Counted from the whole stretch's first letter, positions 40,912 through 53,246 are shown. The stretch is 63,950 nt of DNA, filler included, from an uncultured Acidimicrobiia bacterium (GCA_964347285.1; 5 parts of 5 records of this genome joined end to end with filler, not necessarily neighbours in it); one strand, 5' to 3'. Notes: generated by a model from the letters alone, not told the origin. A program made the numbers and translations.

Positions 40912-41716
40912 ATGGGCCCAACCACCCGCCGCTCCGGGAGCGGCACGATGAATCGAGCCAACGTGAAACTCAACCTCGGCGATACCGCGACCCGGGTCGC
41001 CCAGGAGCGGAACGAGGCATTGGGACCGCAGGGTGAACCCGATGGACAACGGGTGATCTTCGACGTGAAAGGCCTCAACGTCTTCTACGGCGACTTCCAG
41101 GCGATTCGGGATATCTCCCTGCCGATCTACCGCAACGACATCACCGCTTTCATCGGGCCCTCCGGTTGTGGCAAGACCACCTTCCTGCGCTGCTTCAACC
41201 GTCTCAACGACCTCATCGAGACCGCCCGGGTCGACGGGTCGATCGCCTATCACGGGGTCGACCTCTACGGAAAAGATGTCGACCCGGTGCAGGTGCGCCG
41301 CTACATCGGCATGGTGTTCCAGAAGCCCAACCCCTTCCCCAAATCGATCTACGACAACATCGCTTTTGGGCCAAAGATCGCCGGCTTCAAGGGCAACATG
41401 GACGACCTGGTCGAGGAGTCGCTGATCAGAGCGGCCCTATGGGAAGAGGTCAAGGACAAACTCGATCAGTCGGCGTTCGCTCTCTCCGGCGGCCAGCAGC
41501 AGCGGCTGTGCATCGCCCGGGCCATCGCCACCAGCCCCGATGTGGTGCTCATGGACGAGCCGTGCTCCGCGCTCGATCCCATCGCCACGCTCAAGATCGA
41601 GGAGTTGATGTTCGACCTGAAGCGCGATTACTCGATCCTCATCGTCACCCACAACATGCAGCAGGCGGCCCGGGTCAGTGACCGAACCGCCTTCTTCACG
41701 GTGCGCGTGAAAGAGA
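40912..41716 (+). CDS. pstB: Phosphate ABC ATPase (3' truncated)
   Basis: [45 protein letters not shown]; start may be 40948. Confidence 0.95.
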
Positions 41717-41816
41717 NNNNNNNNNNNNNNNNNNNNNNNNNNNNNNNNNNNNNNNNNNNNTTAATTAATTAANNNNNNNNNNNNNNNNNNNNNNNNNNNN
41801 NNNNNNNNNNNNNNNN
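41717..41816. other. Artificial contig linker
   Basis: N44-TTAATTAATTAA-N44. Confidence 0.98.
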
Positions 41817-42126
41817 GCCTCAGAGTGAACGTGGTGGTGTTGCTGGCTTTGAACGGCTTGAGGAACTCCAGTGCAATCTGGATGGTGGACGGTTCGGTTG
41901 CGTCGGTTATCTCCATACTGCCCCGGCCCACCCTGCGGTTCCCCGACCAGGCGTACTTGGCTCCCACCCCCGCGTCGGATCCCGAGAACGTCTTCTCCAT
42001 GCTGGGATCCATCTCCTCCCAAGGAGACCAGCCGGCCCATCGCTGGAAATCGATCAGGTGGGCATACACGCGCTCGGGCGGAGCGTCGATGGTCGTGGAG
42101 CGCTCGACGGTGAACACGTCATTCAT
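41817..42126 (-). CDS. SRPBCC family protein (3' truncated)
   Basis: VERSTTIDAPPERV, WSPW..MDP, GVGAKYAWSGN, LEFLKPF; TAGATT 7 nt before ATG. Confidence 0.85.
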
Positions 42127-42331
42127 GGATGCGAATCTAACAAGGACCAGGTGACGCTCGCAGGGAGGGTCGCCGGCCCTCGGAGATGAACCGCCCAACC
42201 AGGCAACGGTGGGCGATTCTGACCAGATGGCGACCGAGTTGGAGCATCTGATCGACCCGCGGAGAACATCACTTGCCAGGCCGTGGTCTGATGCGACAAT
42301 CCGGCGACGGCGGCACCGTTCCCTCGCCAAC

Positions 42332-42775
42332 ATGGGAAGTGCAGTGAACGACGGAGAGCCAAGGAAGCCCACCGGCTACTCGGACACGCCGCCGGCCCAG
42401 AAGCTCGGGATCGAGCGCGGCCATGTGGTGCCGACCGTCAACGAACCGGACGACTTCCGAGGTCTCCTCGACGGGTTACCCGACGAGGTGGAGATACGAA
42501 CCGGCCTCGACGGCAGCCCGCACATCGTCGTGCTGTTCGTGACCGAACGGGCCGCCCTCGAGGAACACGTGCCCAAGGCGGCCGGGGTGATCCCCCCGGA
42601 CGGGGCGATCTGGGTGGCCTGGCCCAAGAAGGCCTCACCGGTCCCCACCGACGTCACCGAAGACGTCGTCCGCCAAATAGCACTACCGCTCGGCCTGGTC
42701 GACAACAAGGTCTGTGCCATCAGCCACATCTGGTCGGGCCCGCGGGCGGTGTGGCGTAGAGAGCACCGGACCTGA
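42332..42775 (+). CDS. DUF3052 family protein
   Basis: GYSDTP...KLGI, WVAWPKKAS, LGLVDNKVCAI...WSG; start uncertain (42332 or 42344). Confidence 0.8.
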   Translation: MGSAVNDGEPRKPTGYSDTPPAQKLGIERGHVVPTVNEPDDFRGLLDGLPDEVEIRTGLDGSPHIVVLFVTERAALEEHVPKAAGVIPPDGAIWVAWPKKASPVPTDVTEDVVRQIALPLGLVDNKVCAISHIWSGPRAVWRREHRT

Positions 42776-42873
42776 ACCGGCCCGGGCGGGGGCGGGGTCC
42801 GTCCTTGTCACGCGTGAGGTCTCTCGAGCCGGGGCCTGCCCATTGCGAGCAGAATGGGGAGTCGGAGGCGATA

Positions 42874-44049
42874 GTGAGCGCATCCTCCCGCATCGAGGAC
42901 CCCGCCCTTGCGGCCGCAATCGACGAGAACGGAATCGCCTGGCTGCGTTACGTGACGCCGATCACCGAGCGACACTGCCGCGAGATTCGCCGTCGGGATT
43001 ACCGAGGGAAGCGGCTCGCCTGCTGGATGCACCTTCGCTTCAACAACGTGCCGATGCTGCTGGCCCTGGCGGAGAGCGGGGCCGAGATCGCGGTGGGCGC
43101 CTGCAACGTCGACAGCACCGACGACGCCGTCGCCGCCTACTTGGCGGAACGAGGCATCACCATTTTCGCCCGGAGCGGCATGACGCAGGCGGAATACGAG
43201 GGGAACATGCGATCGGTGCGGGATTTTGACGCCGACTACCTGTGCGACATGGGCGGCGAGCTGAGTGAGGCGTACCTCGACCGCACCCCGCCGGTGAAAG
43301 GCGCCCTGGAAGCTACCACCAGTGGATTGAACCGGCTGCGCGACTACGACATCCCGTTTCCAGTCTTCGACTGGAACAGCATCCCGCTCAAGAATCGCTT
43401 GGAGAATCGGTTCCACGTCGGCAACGAGATCTGGCCCGTCTTCGGCCACGTGACCTCGATGAGCCTGTACGGCCGCTCGGTGCTGGTGGTCGGCTACGGT
43501 CCGGTGGGGAAAGGCATCTCCGAACGGGCCCGGGCCCTCGGGGCGAACGTTTACGTGGCGGACGTGGACCCGGTCCGATTGATCGAAGCGCAGCACCACG
43601 GTTGCGCACCGGTGAGCCTCGATGAGGGGCTGACTCGCTGCCAGATCGTGGTCACCGCCACCGGCGTCGAGGGGGTGCTCGGCGAGGCGGAGCTGCGCAG
43701 GGCGCGACCCGAAGCGATCTTCTTCAACGCCGGCCACTCCAACCGCGAGATCGACATCGATTGGCTTTATCGACGGCCTCATCGACAGATGAGGCCGCAC
43801 GTGGAGCGTTTCGATCTCGACGACAGGGAGATCTACCTCCTGGCCAAGGGCAGCTTGCTCAACCTGGCCGGCGAGACCGACGGCGGCGGACACGACCTCT
43901 TCGATCTCTACACCGCCATCATGTTGCGAGGGATCAGCTGGATGTTCGACGGCGGCGCCGAAGGCGCTCCGCCCGGTTTGCAGCCCTACCCGGCCGAGCT
44001 GGAGCGGGAGATCGCCCGGCTGTGGGTGGAGGTGGCCGGGCGGCCGTAG
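42874..44049 (+). CDS. Divergent S-adenosylhomocysteine hydrolase-like protein
   Basis: MHL, CN..ST.D, DMGGE, EATTSG, K...EN, GYGPVGKG NAD motif, VTATG, NAGH, LLNLA. Confidence 0.8.
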   Translation: MSASSRIEDPALAAAIDENGIAWLRYVTPITERHCREIRRRDYRGKRLACWMHLRFNNVPMLLALAESGAEIAVGACNVDSTDDAVAAYLAERGITIFARSGMTQAEYEGNMRSVRDFDADYLCDMGGELSEAYLDRTPPVKGALEATTSGLNRLRDYDIPFPVFDWNSIPLKNRLENRFHVGNEIWPVFGHVTSMSLYGRSVLVVGYGPVGKGISERARALGANVYVADVDPVRLIEAQHHGCAPVSLDEGLTRCQIVVTATGVEGVLGEAELRRARPEAIFFNAGHSNREIDIDWLYRRPHRQMRPHVERFDLDDREIYLLAKGSLLNLAGETDGGGHDLFDLYTAIMLRGISWMFDGGAEGAPPGLQPYPAELEREIARLWVEVAGRP

Positions 44050-44084
44050 CCGGACCGTCGAGGAGGATCCGGCCGATAACCGCC

Positions 44085-44818
44085 TCAGACCATGATCCAG
44101 CCGCCGTCCACGTTGATGGTCTGGCCGCTGATGAACGAGGACTCGTCGCTGCACAGGAACGACACGAGCGAGGCGACGTCTTCTTTGCGCCCGCGACGCT
44201 TGAGCGCCTGGGAAGCGAGGATCTCCCGCTCGTACGCCTCCAGGTCGGGATGCTGGGCCGCTTCGGCGGCCGTGGGAAACGCCCCGGGGGCCACACCGTT
44301 CACCCGGATGTCGTGTGGTCCCAGCTCACGGGCCAACGCCCGGGTGAGTGCGACGATCGCTCCCTTCGTCGCCACGTAGGGGGCCAAGTTGTCCCACCAG
44401 CCGTGCCAGACGATCGAAGCCACGTTGACAATGACACCGCCTCCCGTGTTCAGCATCGACCGGGCCGCCAGCTGGGCGGTGATGAAATAGGCCCGCTCGT
44501 TGACCCGGATGGTGTCGTCGAGGGTCGCCGCACTCACGTCGACGAACCGCCCCGACGGGAACACCGCCGCGTTGTTGACCAGAGCCTTGACGGCTCCCAG
44601 CTGCGACTCGGCGCCCGCGAAGGTCTCGGTCGTAGCGGCTTCGTCCCGCAGATCGCAGGGGAAGGCGACGGCGCTGCCGCCGGCCTGGCGAATCCTGGAG
44701 GCCGTGGCCTCGGCCGTTTCCTCGACCACGTCGACCACCGCCACCGGGAACCCGTCGGCCGCCAGGCGCTCGGCAATGGCTCCTCCCAGGGTGCCGCCTG
44801 CCCCCGTCACAAAAGCGC

Positions 44819-44822
<4 letters not shown>
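44085..44822 (-). CDS. SDR family oxidoreductase (possible sugar dehydrogenase)
   Basis: VTGAGGTLG, NNAA, YVATKG, IRVNGVAPG; TTG overlaps the dehydratase stop. Confidence 0.88.
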
Positions 44823-46531
<1,709 letters not shown>

Positions 46532-46562
46532 CGACTCCCGATCCTATTCCGGGCGGCGGCCC

Positions 46563-47387
46563 CTAGCTCCCGACGACCAGCTGGTGCTGCTCGTCCAGCC
46601 CTTCGATGCCGAGTCGCATCACATTGCCGGGCCGGAGCCAGCGGGGCGGCTCGTAGCCGAGTCCCACGCCGGGAGGTGTGCCGGTGGAGATCAGGTCCCC
46701 GGGCTGCAAGCTCATGAAACGGCTCACATAGGCAACCAGCGCGGGCACCGGCACCACCATGGTGGCGGTGGTGTCGTCCTGGTGGCGGTGACCATCCACC
46801 TCCAGCCAGATGGCGAGGGCCTGAGGGTCGGGCACCTCATCGGGGGTCACCAGCCAGGGACCGATCGGCTCGAAAGTGTCGGCGCTCTTGCCCTTCACCC
46901 ACTGGCCCGTTCCCTCCAGCTGAAAGGCGCGCTCCAACAAGTCGTTCACCACGCAATAGCCGGCGATGTACCCATGGGCCGAGGCGGCCGGCACGTTCTT
47001 GGCGAGGCTGCCGACGACCACCCCCAGCTCGACCTCCCAATCGGCCTTGGCGCCGGGCGGGAGCACCGCGTCGTCGTAGGGACCGGAGATGGCACTGGTG
47101 GCCTTCATGAATAGCACCGGCTCTTCCGGCATCGCCATGCCGGACTCGGCGGCGTGATCGGAGTAGTTGAGGCCGATGCAGACGAACTTGCCGACCCGGC
47201 CCACACACGGCCCGATCCGCACCCCGTCCTCCACCTGGGGAGGCCGGCCGGGTCGAGGCTGCGCAGCCGATCGAGCGACGCCGGGGAAAAGGCGGCGCCG
47301 GCGATGTCGTCCACCTCTCCGGACAGATCCCGGATGCGGCCCTCGGGATCGAGCACTCCCGGGCGGTCCCCACCGGAGCAGCCTCAC
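46563..47387 (-). CDS. Fumarylacetoacetate hydrolase family protein carrying two compensating frameshifts near the N-terminus
   Basis: CIGLNYSDH, DWEVEL, VND..ER, GKS, GDLISTGTPPGVG; the family-typical segment LDPEGRIRDLS...LDPAGLP is in another frame (about 47235-47356). Confidence 0.8.
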   Translation of the reverse strand: MRLLRWGPPGSARSRGPHPGSVRRGGRHRRRRLFPGVARSAAQPRPGRPPQVEDGVRIGPCVGRVGKFVCIGLNYSDHAAESGMAMPEEPVLFMKATSAISGPYDDAVLPPGAKADWEVELGVVVGSLAKNVPAASAHGYIAGYCVVNDLLERAFQLEGTGQWVKGKSADTFEPIGPWLVTPDEVPDPQALAIWLEVDGHRHQDDTTATMVVPVPALVAYVSRFMSLQPGDLISTGTPPGVGLGYEPPRWLRPGNVMRLGIEGLDEQHQLVVGS

Positions 47388-48127
47388 AGCGCCATGCCCC
47401 CGTCGGCGATGTGGACGGCGCCGGTGGTGAACGCCGACTCGTCGGAGGCGAGGTGCACGGCGAGCGCGGCCAGCTCTTCGGGGGTGCCGAACCGGCCCAT
47501 CGGCTGGCGGGCGATGAAATCACGGCGGGCCGCTTCCGGATCATCGAAGGCAGCGATGCGTTCGTGTAGCGACGGGGTGTCGACCGTGCCGGGGCAGATC
47601 ACGTTTGCCCGAATGCCGTGCTCGAGATAATCGGCGGCAACCGACTTGGTCAGGCCGATCACCCCGGCCTTGGAGGTGCCGTAGGCGAAACGTTGGGGCA
47701 CGCCTTTGACGCTCGACACCACCGAGGCGAAGTTGATGATGCTGCCCCCGCCCCGCTCCAGCATCCCGGGGAGGAAGGCCGAGATCGTGCGGTACATCGA
47801 GGTGAGGTTCACGTCGAGCACTTCGTCCCAGTCGTCATCGGTGCATTCCAGGATGGAGCCGTGGCGGACGATGCCGGCACAGTTCACCAGCACGTCGATG
47901 TCCCCCGCCGCGTTCGCCAGTGCCGCCACGTCGTCGCGGTTGCGCACGTCGGCTCGCACCGTGCGCACTGCAGGAACTTCTCTCGCAAGGTCGGCGAGGG
48001 TGGCCTCGTTGATGTCCACGGCCCAGACCTCGGCGCCTTCGGATCGCAATGCCAGGGCGATCGCTCTCCCCATGCCCTGCCCGGCGCCGGTGACGACCGC
48101 CCGTTTGTTGTCGAGTCGGCTGGTCAT
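47384..48127 (-). CDS. SDR, 2-keto-3-deoxy-L-fuconate 4-dehydrogenase/BDH2-like
   Basis: TGAGQGMG, SSVKGVPQRFAYGTSKAGVIGLTKSVAAD, CPGTVDTPSL, FIARQPMGR. Confidence 0.85.
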   Translation of the reverse strand: MTSRLDNKRAVVTGAGQGMGRAIALALRSEGAEVWAVDINEATLADLAREVPAVRTVRADVRNRDDVAALANAAGDIDVLVNCAGIVRHGSILECTDDDWDEVLDVNLTSMYRTISAFLPGMLERGGGSIINFASVVSSVKGVPQRFAYGTSKAGVIGLTKSVAADYLEHGIRANVICPGTVDTPSLHERIAAFDDPEAARRDFIARQPMGRFGTPEELAALAVHLASDESAFTTGAVHIADGGMAL

Positions 48128-48158
48128 GGTGTGGCCCTCCCAATGGATCGGTCCATGA

Positions 48159-49013
48159 TCACCCCGCAAAGGGAGTGTCGGCCAGTCCGGTCGCGCCGGC
48201 CTCGATCGCAAACAGCCCCCCGGCCTGCGGCCGGCCGGCCGGATCGTCGATGCCCTTTCTTGCCGAGGTGACGAACAGGAGGTCGAGGCCGGGCCCGCCG
48301 AAGGCGCAACAGGTGGGGTTTTCGACCGGCAGCTCGATCACCCCGGCGACCGAGCCGTCCGGGGCGTAGCGCACCACCCGATGCCCGCCCCACTGGGCAT
48401 TCCACAGAAAGCCCTCGGCGTCCACCGTGGATCCGTCCGGGTAGCAGTCGTCGGTGGTGGCAAACACCCGGCGTCCCGATATCTCCCCGCGGTCCTGGTC
48501 GTAGTCGAACGCGTAGATCACGCGGTCCAGCGTCTCGGCGAAGTACATGACGTCGCCCGCTGGGCTGAAGGCGAGGCTGTTGGGGATGCCCACTCCCTCG
48601 AGGGCACGGTGAACGGTCCGATCGGCGTCGAAGCGATACAGCGCTCCGGTCCGGTTCTGTTCGGCGTCGTCCATCGAACCCACCCAGAAGCGGCCCCGGC
48701 GGTCGGTGGCTCCGTCGTTCAGCCGGTTGCCGGGCCGGTCGGCCTCGGGATCGACCGAGGGGCCCACCGTCCCGGTGGCCGGGTCGAACGAGGCCAAGCC
48801 CCCCGCCAGGGCCAGCAGCAAGCCCCCCTGCCACCGAAGCGCCACCGCTCCGGGCTGATCGGACAGCTCCCAGGTGCGATGATCCCCCTCGGACGGCCGG
48901 TAGGCGTGGAGGCGGCGCTCCTTGATGTCGATCCAATAGAGCAGGCCGGCGGCGGGATCCCACACCGGTCCCTCACCCAGGGTGCAGCGTGCGTCGACTA
49001 CACACTCGATCAT
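48159..49013 (-). CDS. SMP-30/gluconolactonase family lactonase
   Basis: LGEGPVWD, NRLNDG, PNSLAFSP, PDGSTVDAEG, PTCCAFGG. Confidence 0.92.
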   Translation of the reverse strand: MIECVVDARCTLGEGPVWDPAAGLLYWIDIKERRLHAYRPSEGDHRTWELSDQPGAVALRWQGGLLLALAGGLASFDPATGTVGPSVDPEADRPGNRLNDGATDRRGRFWVGSMDDAEQNRTGALYRFDADRTVHRALEGVGIPNSLAFSPAGDVMYFAETLDRVIYAFDYDQDRGEISGRRVFATTDDCYPDGSTVDAEGFLWNAQWGGHRVVRYAPDGSVAGVIELPVENPTCCAFGGPGLDLLFVTSARKGIDDPAGRPQAGGLFAIEAGATGLADTPFAG

Positions 49014-49133
49014 GGCCTCGGGATCCCCTCGGACGCCGGCAATAAGGGCCGAGGCTACCGTGCCACATCGCCCACCGGTCGGTGGCGATTCGGAGGTGTC
49101 GGTAGCGTGGAGAGCCGGCGACGGAGGACCGCG

Positions 49134-49649
49134 ATGGGCCTCGAGCAATTCGTCCGGCGAGCCGAGGCGGCCGGAAGCCACGTCGATTTCGTATCGGACT
49201 GGGCCGCGGTGGCGGATCTGGCCAAGGAGCTGGCTCCCTCGGCTGCGGTCTTCGTTGCGCCCAGCCTCGCTGCTTCGTCTCCGGAGCTGGTGGCGGCGTT
49301 GGGGCCGGCGGCCCGGCTCCCCGACCCCGAGACGCCGGCCCGATCCGCTGCCGATGCCGAGGTAGGAGTGATCGCCGGGGATCTCGGGGTGGCGGAGACC
49401 GGGTCGGTGCTCGTGTTCGAGGACGAGTTGGCCGATCGGGTCGTGTCGATGCTCAGCCTCCGGTTGATCCAGGTGGTGGGGCGGGACCGCATCGTCGACA
49501 GCCTGGAGGAGGTCGCCGTCAGGCTCGGCGAGCGAAGAGGGGAGTACGCGGTGTTGTCGACCGCCTCGTCCCGCACCGCCGACATCGAACGGTCGCTGAC
49601 CGTAGGCGTACAGGGCCCCGCCGAAGTACACGTGGCGGTGCTGGGATGA
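49134..49649 (+). CDS. lutC: LUD-domain lactate utilisation protein C-like
   Basis: GVAETGS, SRTADIERSLTVGVQGP. Confidence 0.8.
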   Translation: MGLEQFVRRAEAAGSHVDFVSDWAAVADLAKELAPSAAVFVAPSLAASSPELVAALGPAARLPDPETPARSAADAEVGVIAGDLGVAETGSVLVFEDELADRVVSMLSLRLIQVVGRDRIVDSLEEVAVRLGERRGEYAVLSTASSRTADIERSLTVGVQGPAEVHVAVLG

Positions 49650-51805
49650 AGCCCTTTCCGGAACGGCTCCAGGCGTCTCTGGCCGATCCGAACATCCGCT
49701 CGGGCCTGCTCGACTTCCAGCGATCGTGGCGCGCGTCCCGGGACGAGCAAATGGCCGACCTGGAGGCGATGACCGGCCGGAGCTTCGATTCCCTGCGCTC
49801 CGAGCTGGCCGCGATCAAGCGGGGAGTCCTGGCCGACCTGCCTCGCCACAGTGCCGAATTCCGATCGGCCGCGGAGCGGGCCGGCGCCACCGTGGTGGAG
49901 GTGTCCGACACCCCGACGGCCAACCGCTACGTCGCCGACCTCTGCGCCCAGCGGGGTATCGACCTCGTCGTCAAGGGCAAATCGATGGTCTCCGAGGAGA
50001 TGGGCCTCAACGCCTATCTGGCCGAACGGTCGATCGAGGCCATCGAGACCGATCTGGGCGAGTGGCTCCTCCAGCTCGACGGCGACCATCCCAGCCACCT
50101 CGTGATGCCCGCCATCCACAAACGCCGCCACCAGATCGCCGCATTGCTCACCCGCGTCCTGGGCCGGCGGTTCGATCCCGACGACATCGATGCGATGGTC
50201 AAGTCGGCCCGCACCGAGCTCCGGGCGAAGTTCTTGGCCGCTGGGATGGGGCTGTCGGGGGCCAATGCCCTGATCGCCGAATCGGGGGCGGTGATGCTGG
50301 TGTCGAACGAGGGCAACAACCGGTTGTCGACCGCTCTCCCCCCGGTTCACGTGGTCACGGCCGGCATCGAGAAGCTCGTCCCCACCTATCACGACGCCAT
50401 GAAGCAGGTGCGTCTGCTGGCCCGGTCGGCGACCGGCCAGGCCATCACCACCTACACGAGCTTCGTCACCGGGCCGGTTCCCGGACACGAGCTCCACATC
50501 CTGTTGCTCGACAACGGCCGAAGCCGCATGGCCTCCACTCCGGAGTTCTCCGACGCCCTGGCTTGCATCCGGTGCGGAGCGTGCGCCAACGTCTGCCCGC
50601 CCTATCAAGTGGTGGGAGGGCACGCGTTCGGCCACATCTACACCGGGGCCATCGGGCTGGTGAACACCGAGTTCCACCACGGGCTCGAAGCGGTCTCCGG
50701 ACCACAGTCGCTGTGCGTGTCGTGCGGTGCCTGCGCGACGGTCTGCCCGGTGGAGATCCCCTTGCCGTCCCAGATCCTCGAAGTGCGCCGCCACGTGGCC
50801 GAGCGCCACCCCAACCGGCTGCGGAGACTCGCCATGCGGGCGTGGAGCCACCGCCGGCTGGTAGGAGTCGCGGTGGGAGCAGCGGCTCTGGCCGCCCGTC
50901 CCTTCCGGTCGGGCGATGTGACCAGAGCCCCGTTCCCCAAACGCCACGTGGGATGGCGCACCCCGCCGGCGATCCCGGTCAGCCCGGCGCGTCGGCGGCT
51001 GGAACGGCGGCCGTTTCGTCCACCCCTGGCCGACACCGGGGCGACCGGCAGGGACGTTTTCTTGTTCCTGCAATGCATCACCGACCGGCTGGCCCCATCG
51101 ATCGCGGTCGGCGCCGCCGAGCTGCTCGAAGCGGCCGGAGCCCGAGTAGCGGCACCGAAAAGGCAGCACTGCTGCGGCCTGCCGGCATTTGACAGCGGCG
51201 AGTGGACACCGGCGCGGCGCATGGCCAAAGACACCATCGCGGCGCTGGAAGGGGACGCCGACGTGGTGACGCCTGCTCCCAGCTGCGCGGCCATGATCAC
51301 CCATGAATACCGCCGGCTCTTTGCCGACGATCCGGAGTGGGCGGCCCGGGCCGAGCGGCTGGCGGCTCGCACCAGGGACCTCGTCTCCTACCTGTCGAGG
51401 CCGGCCCGGCTCCCGCCGGGCTCGCTCGACGAGCCCGACCACCTGATCACCGTCCACCGTTTCTGCCAGAGCGGCACGGTGCTCGGCATGACCGACGAGA
51501 TGGAGGACCTGATCGCCGACTTGACCGGCGGCCGGCCGATTCCGCTGCCGGAGAACGGCGTGTGCTGCGGATTCGGCGGCTCGACGTCGGCCACCGCCCC
51601 GGAGGTGGCGGCCGGCATCCTCGATCGCAAGCTGGAGTGCGCCGACACAACCGGAGCAGCCACCCTCGTCTCCGACAATCCGGCCTGCATCATGCACCTG
51701 CGGGGCGGGGTCGCCGCCTCCGGCCGCACCCTCCGGGTCCTCCACGTGGCCGAGCTGCTGGCATCGCTGCTGCCCGGGGACACGGCGTCGAGTGGAGCGG
51801 CCTAG
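49646..51805 (+). CDS. LutB-LutA fusion (LUD + two 4Fe-4S + two CCG domains)
   Basis: KGKSMVSEE, ETDLGE, NEGN, CIRCGACANVCP, CVSCGACATVCP, CCGLP, CCGFGG, DNPAC. Confidence 0.88.
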   Translation: MKPFPERLQASLADPNIRSGLLDFQRSWRASRDEQMADLEAMTGRSFDSLRSELAAIKRGVLADLPRHSAEFRSAAERAGATVVEVSDTPTANRYVADLCAQRGIDLVVKGKSMVSEEMGLNAYLAERSIEAIETDLGEWLLQLDGDHPSHLVMPAIHKRRHQIAALLTRVLGRRFDPDDIDAMVKSARTELRAKFLAAGMGLSGANALIAESGAVMLVSNEGNNRLSTALPPVHVVTAGIEKLVPTYHDAMKQVRLLARSATGQAITTYTSFVTGPVPGHELHILLLDNGRSRMASTPEFSDALACIRCGACANVCPPYQVVGGHAFGHIYTGAIGLVNTEFHHGLEAVSGPQSLCVSCGACATVCPVEIPLPSQILEVRRHVAERHPNRLRRLAMRAWSHRRLVGVAVGAAALAARPFRSGDVTRAPFPKRHVGWRTPPAIPVSPARRRLERRPFRPPLADTGATGRDVFLFLQCITDRLAPSIAVGAAELLEAAGARVAAPKRQHCCGLPAFDSGEWTPARRMAKDTIAALEGDADVVTPAPSCAAMITHEYRRLFADDPEWAARAERLAARTRDLVSYLSRPARLPPGSLDEPDHLITVHRFCQSGTVLGMTDEMEDLIADLTGGRPIPLPENGVCCGFGGSTSATAPEVAAGILDRKLECADTTGAATLVSDNPACIMHLRGGVAASGRTLRVLHVAELLASLLPGDTASSGAA

Positions 51806-52139
51806 CTGCTCGGCCGGCTCCTCCAGTGATGCCAGGTTGTGCCCGGTGATGCGTAAGGACGGCCGGCAACCATCGACGGGGTGGCACCTGCGCCTAGATC
51901 GAACCTTCACACCGGAGGCGACGATCCGACTCAACGACCCCCCTTCGGCGACCTGTTCCTCGAAGACTGCTGAGCCCGAACCGTTCCCGCGTAGCGAGGT
52001 TGCCGGCCCGGATCGACGGCCCAAAGAGGACTCCGGAGCTGCGGTTGGGACCGGCGGTGGCGTGCCGCTTTGGTGACCTTACGCCGGCTCATGTGTGGCG
52101 ACCGCCGTCGCGGCTGAGGCCCTCCTCCACCTCGCTGCG

Positions 52140-53246
52140 TTACACCTCCGGCACCATGACATCGGGGGTGAGGGCGGCGGTGGCGGCCACGATGAGGGGA
52201 CGGACGATGTCACGCCGGCTGCCGCCGACCAGATCGATCTTCTCCAGAGTGGCATCGATGGCTCGGTATACCCGGGCGTGGTGGGTCTCGTCGGGAACGA
52301 GGCAGCCCAGGCGGGCCAGGGCCACGGGTTGGGTGGCGTCGTCCTTCGAGAAGGCCCGCACGATGGCGCCGTGGAGGCTGGCGTGCACCCGGAGCAGGCC
52401 GGGATCGCCGCTCACGAAGTCGTCGCCGGGAGCGGGCCCGAGGTCCTCGCCCTCTCGGCCTTCGAGCAGCCGCCACAGCGTGCCTCCGAAGAGGGCTTCG
52501 AGCTGCGCCGGGTTGTAGCGGGCCGAAGCCGCCACCCGCATCGCCAGGATGAACGCCAGGGCGGGGTGTCCGTACGGGGTGTCGGAGGCATACACGATCC
52601 GCCCCGGAGGAACCCAGGCGAAGAGCGCGAGCAGGTCGGTGACGTCCCACCAGGCCGTGTCGAAGTAGAGGCCGGGATGGCCGGCCACGGTGGGGCCGAG
52701 CCACGAGAGGTCGCTGATGGCGGCATGAGCCAGGATGAGCCGCAGGCCGTCCACCTCGTCGCAGAGACGCGCCGCGTCCTCGCCGAGGGAAGGAATCCCC
52801 TGCCCGGCGTGGACGAGCACGGGGACCGCCGACTCGGCCGCCAACGCGGCAAGGCGGCGAACGGTGGCGTCGCTGAGTCGGAATTGCTCGGCCCTGGGGT
52901 GGAGCTTGATGCCGCGGTGCCCGGCCCCGAGCGACCGCTCCGCCTCGGCGACCGCCTCATTCCCCAGGCGAGGATCGACCCGCAGGAAGGGGATGAGCCG
53001 CCCGTTGCCGGCCGCCGCCTCCTCGAGGATCCGGTCGTTGGCTTTCGGGTAGCCGGCGGGGTCCTGGTTGGTGATCACCACCGCCCCGGCCTGATCGGCC
53101 TGGGTCAGCTTCTCGAGGAGCCGCTCGGCGGAGCCGCCGACGCCGTCGGGATCGTTGGTCCCGGAATGGGTGTGGGCGTCCCAGACTGCGGTCCGGTCCG
53201 GAAGCAGGGCACGGGCTGCGGCGTGCCAGCCGGCGAGCAGGTCCAT
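52140..53246 (-). CDS. Amidohydrolase_2 family metallohydrolase
   Basis: DAHTH, GIKLHP, VHAG, ILAHA, YASDTPYG; TAGCTT 6 nt before ATG. Confidence 0.85.
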   Translation of the reverse strand: MDLLAGWHAAARALLPDRTAVWDAHTHSGTNDPDGVGGSAERLLEKLTQADQAGAVVITNQDPAGYPKANDRILEEAAAGNGRLIPFLRVDPRLGNEAVAEAERSLGAGHRGIKLHPRAEQFRLSDATVRRLAALAAESAVPVLVHAGQGIPSLGEDAARLCDEVDGLRLILAHAAISDLSWLGPTVAGHPGLYFDTAWWDVTDLLALFAWVPPGRIVYASDTPYGHPALAFILAMRVAASARYNPAQLEALFGGTLWRLLEGREGEDLGPAPGDDFVSGDPGLLRVHASLHGAIVRAFSKDDATQPVALARLGCLVPDETHHARVYRAIDATLEKIDLVGGSRRDIVRPLIVAATAALTPDVMVPEV

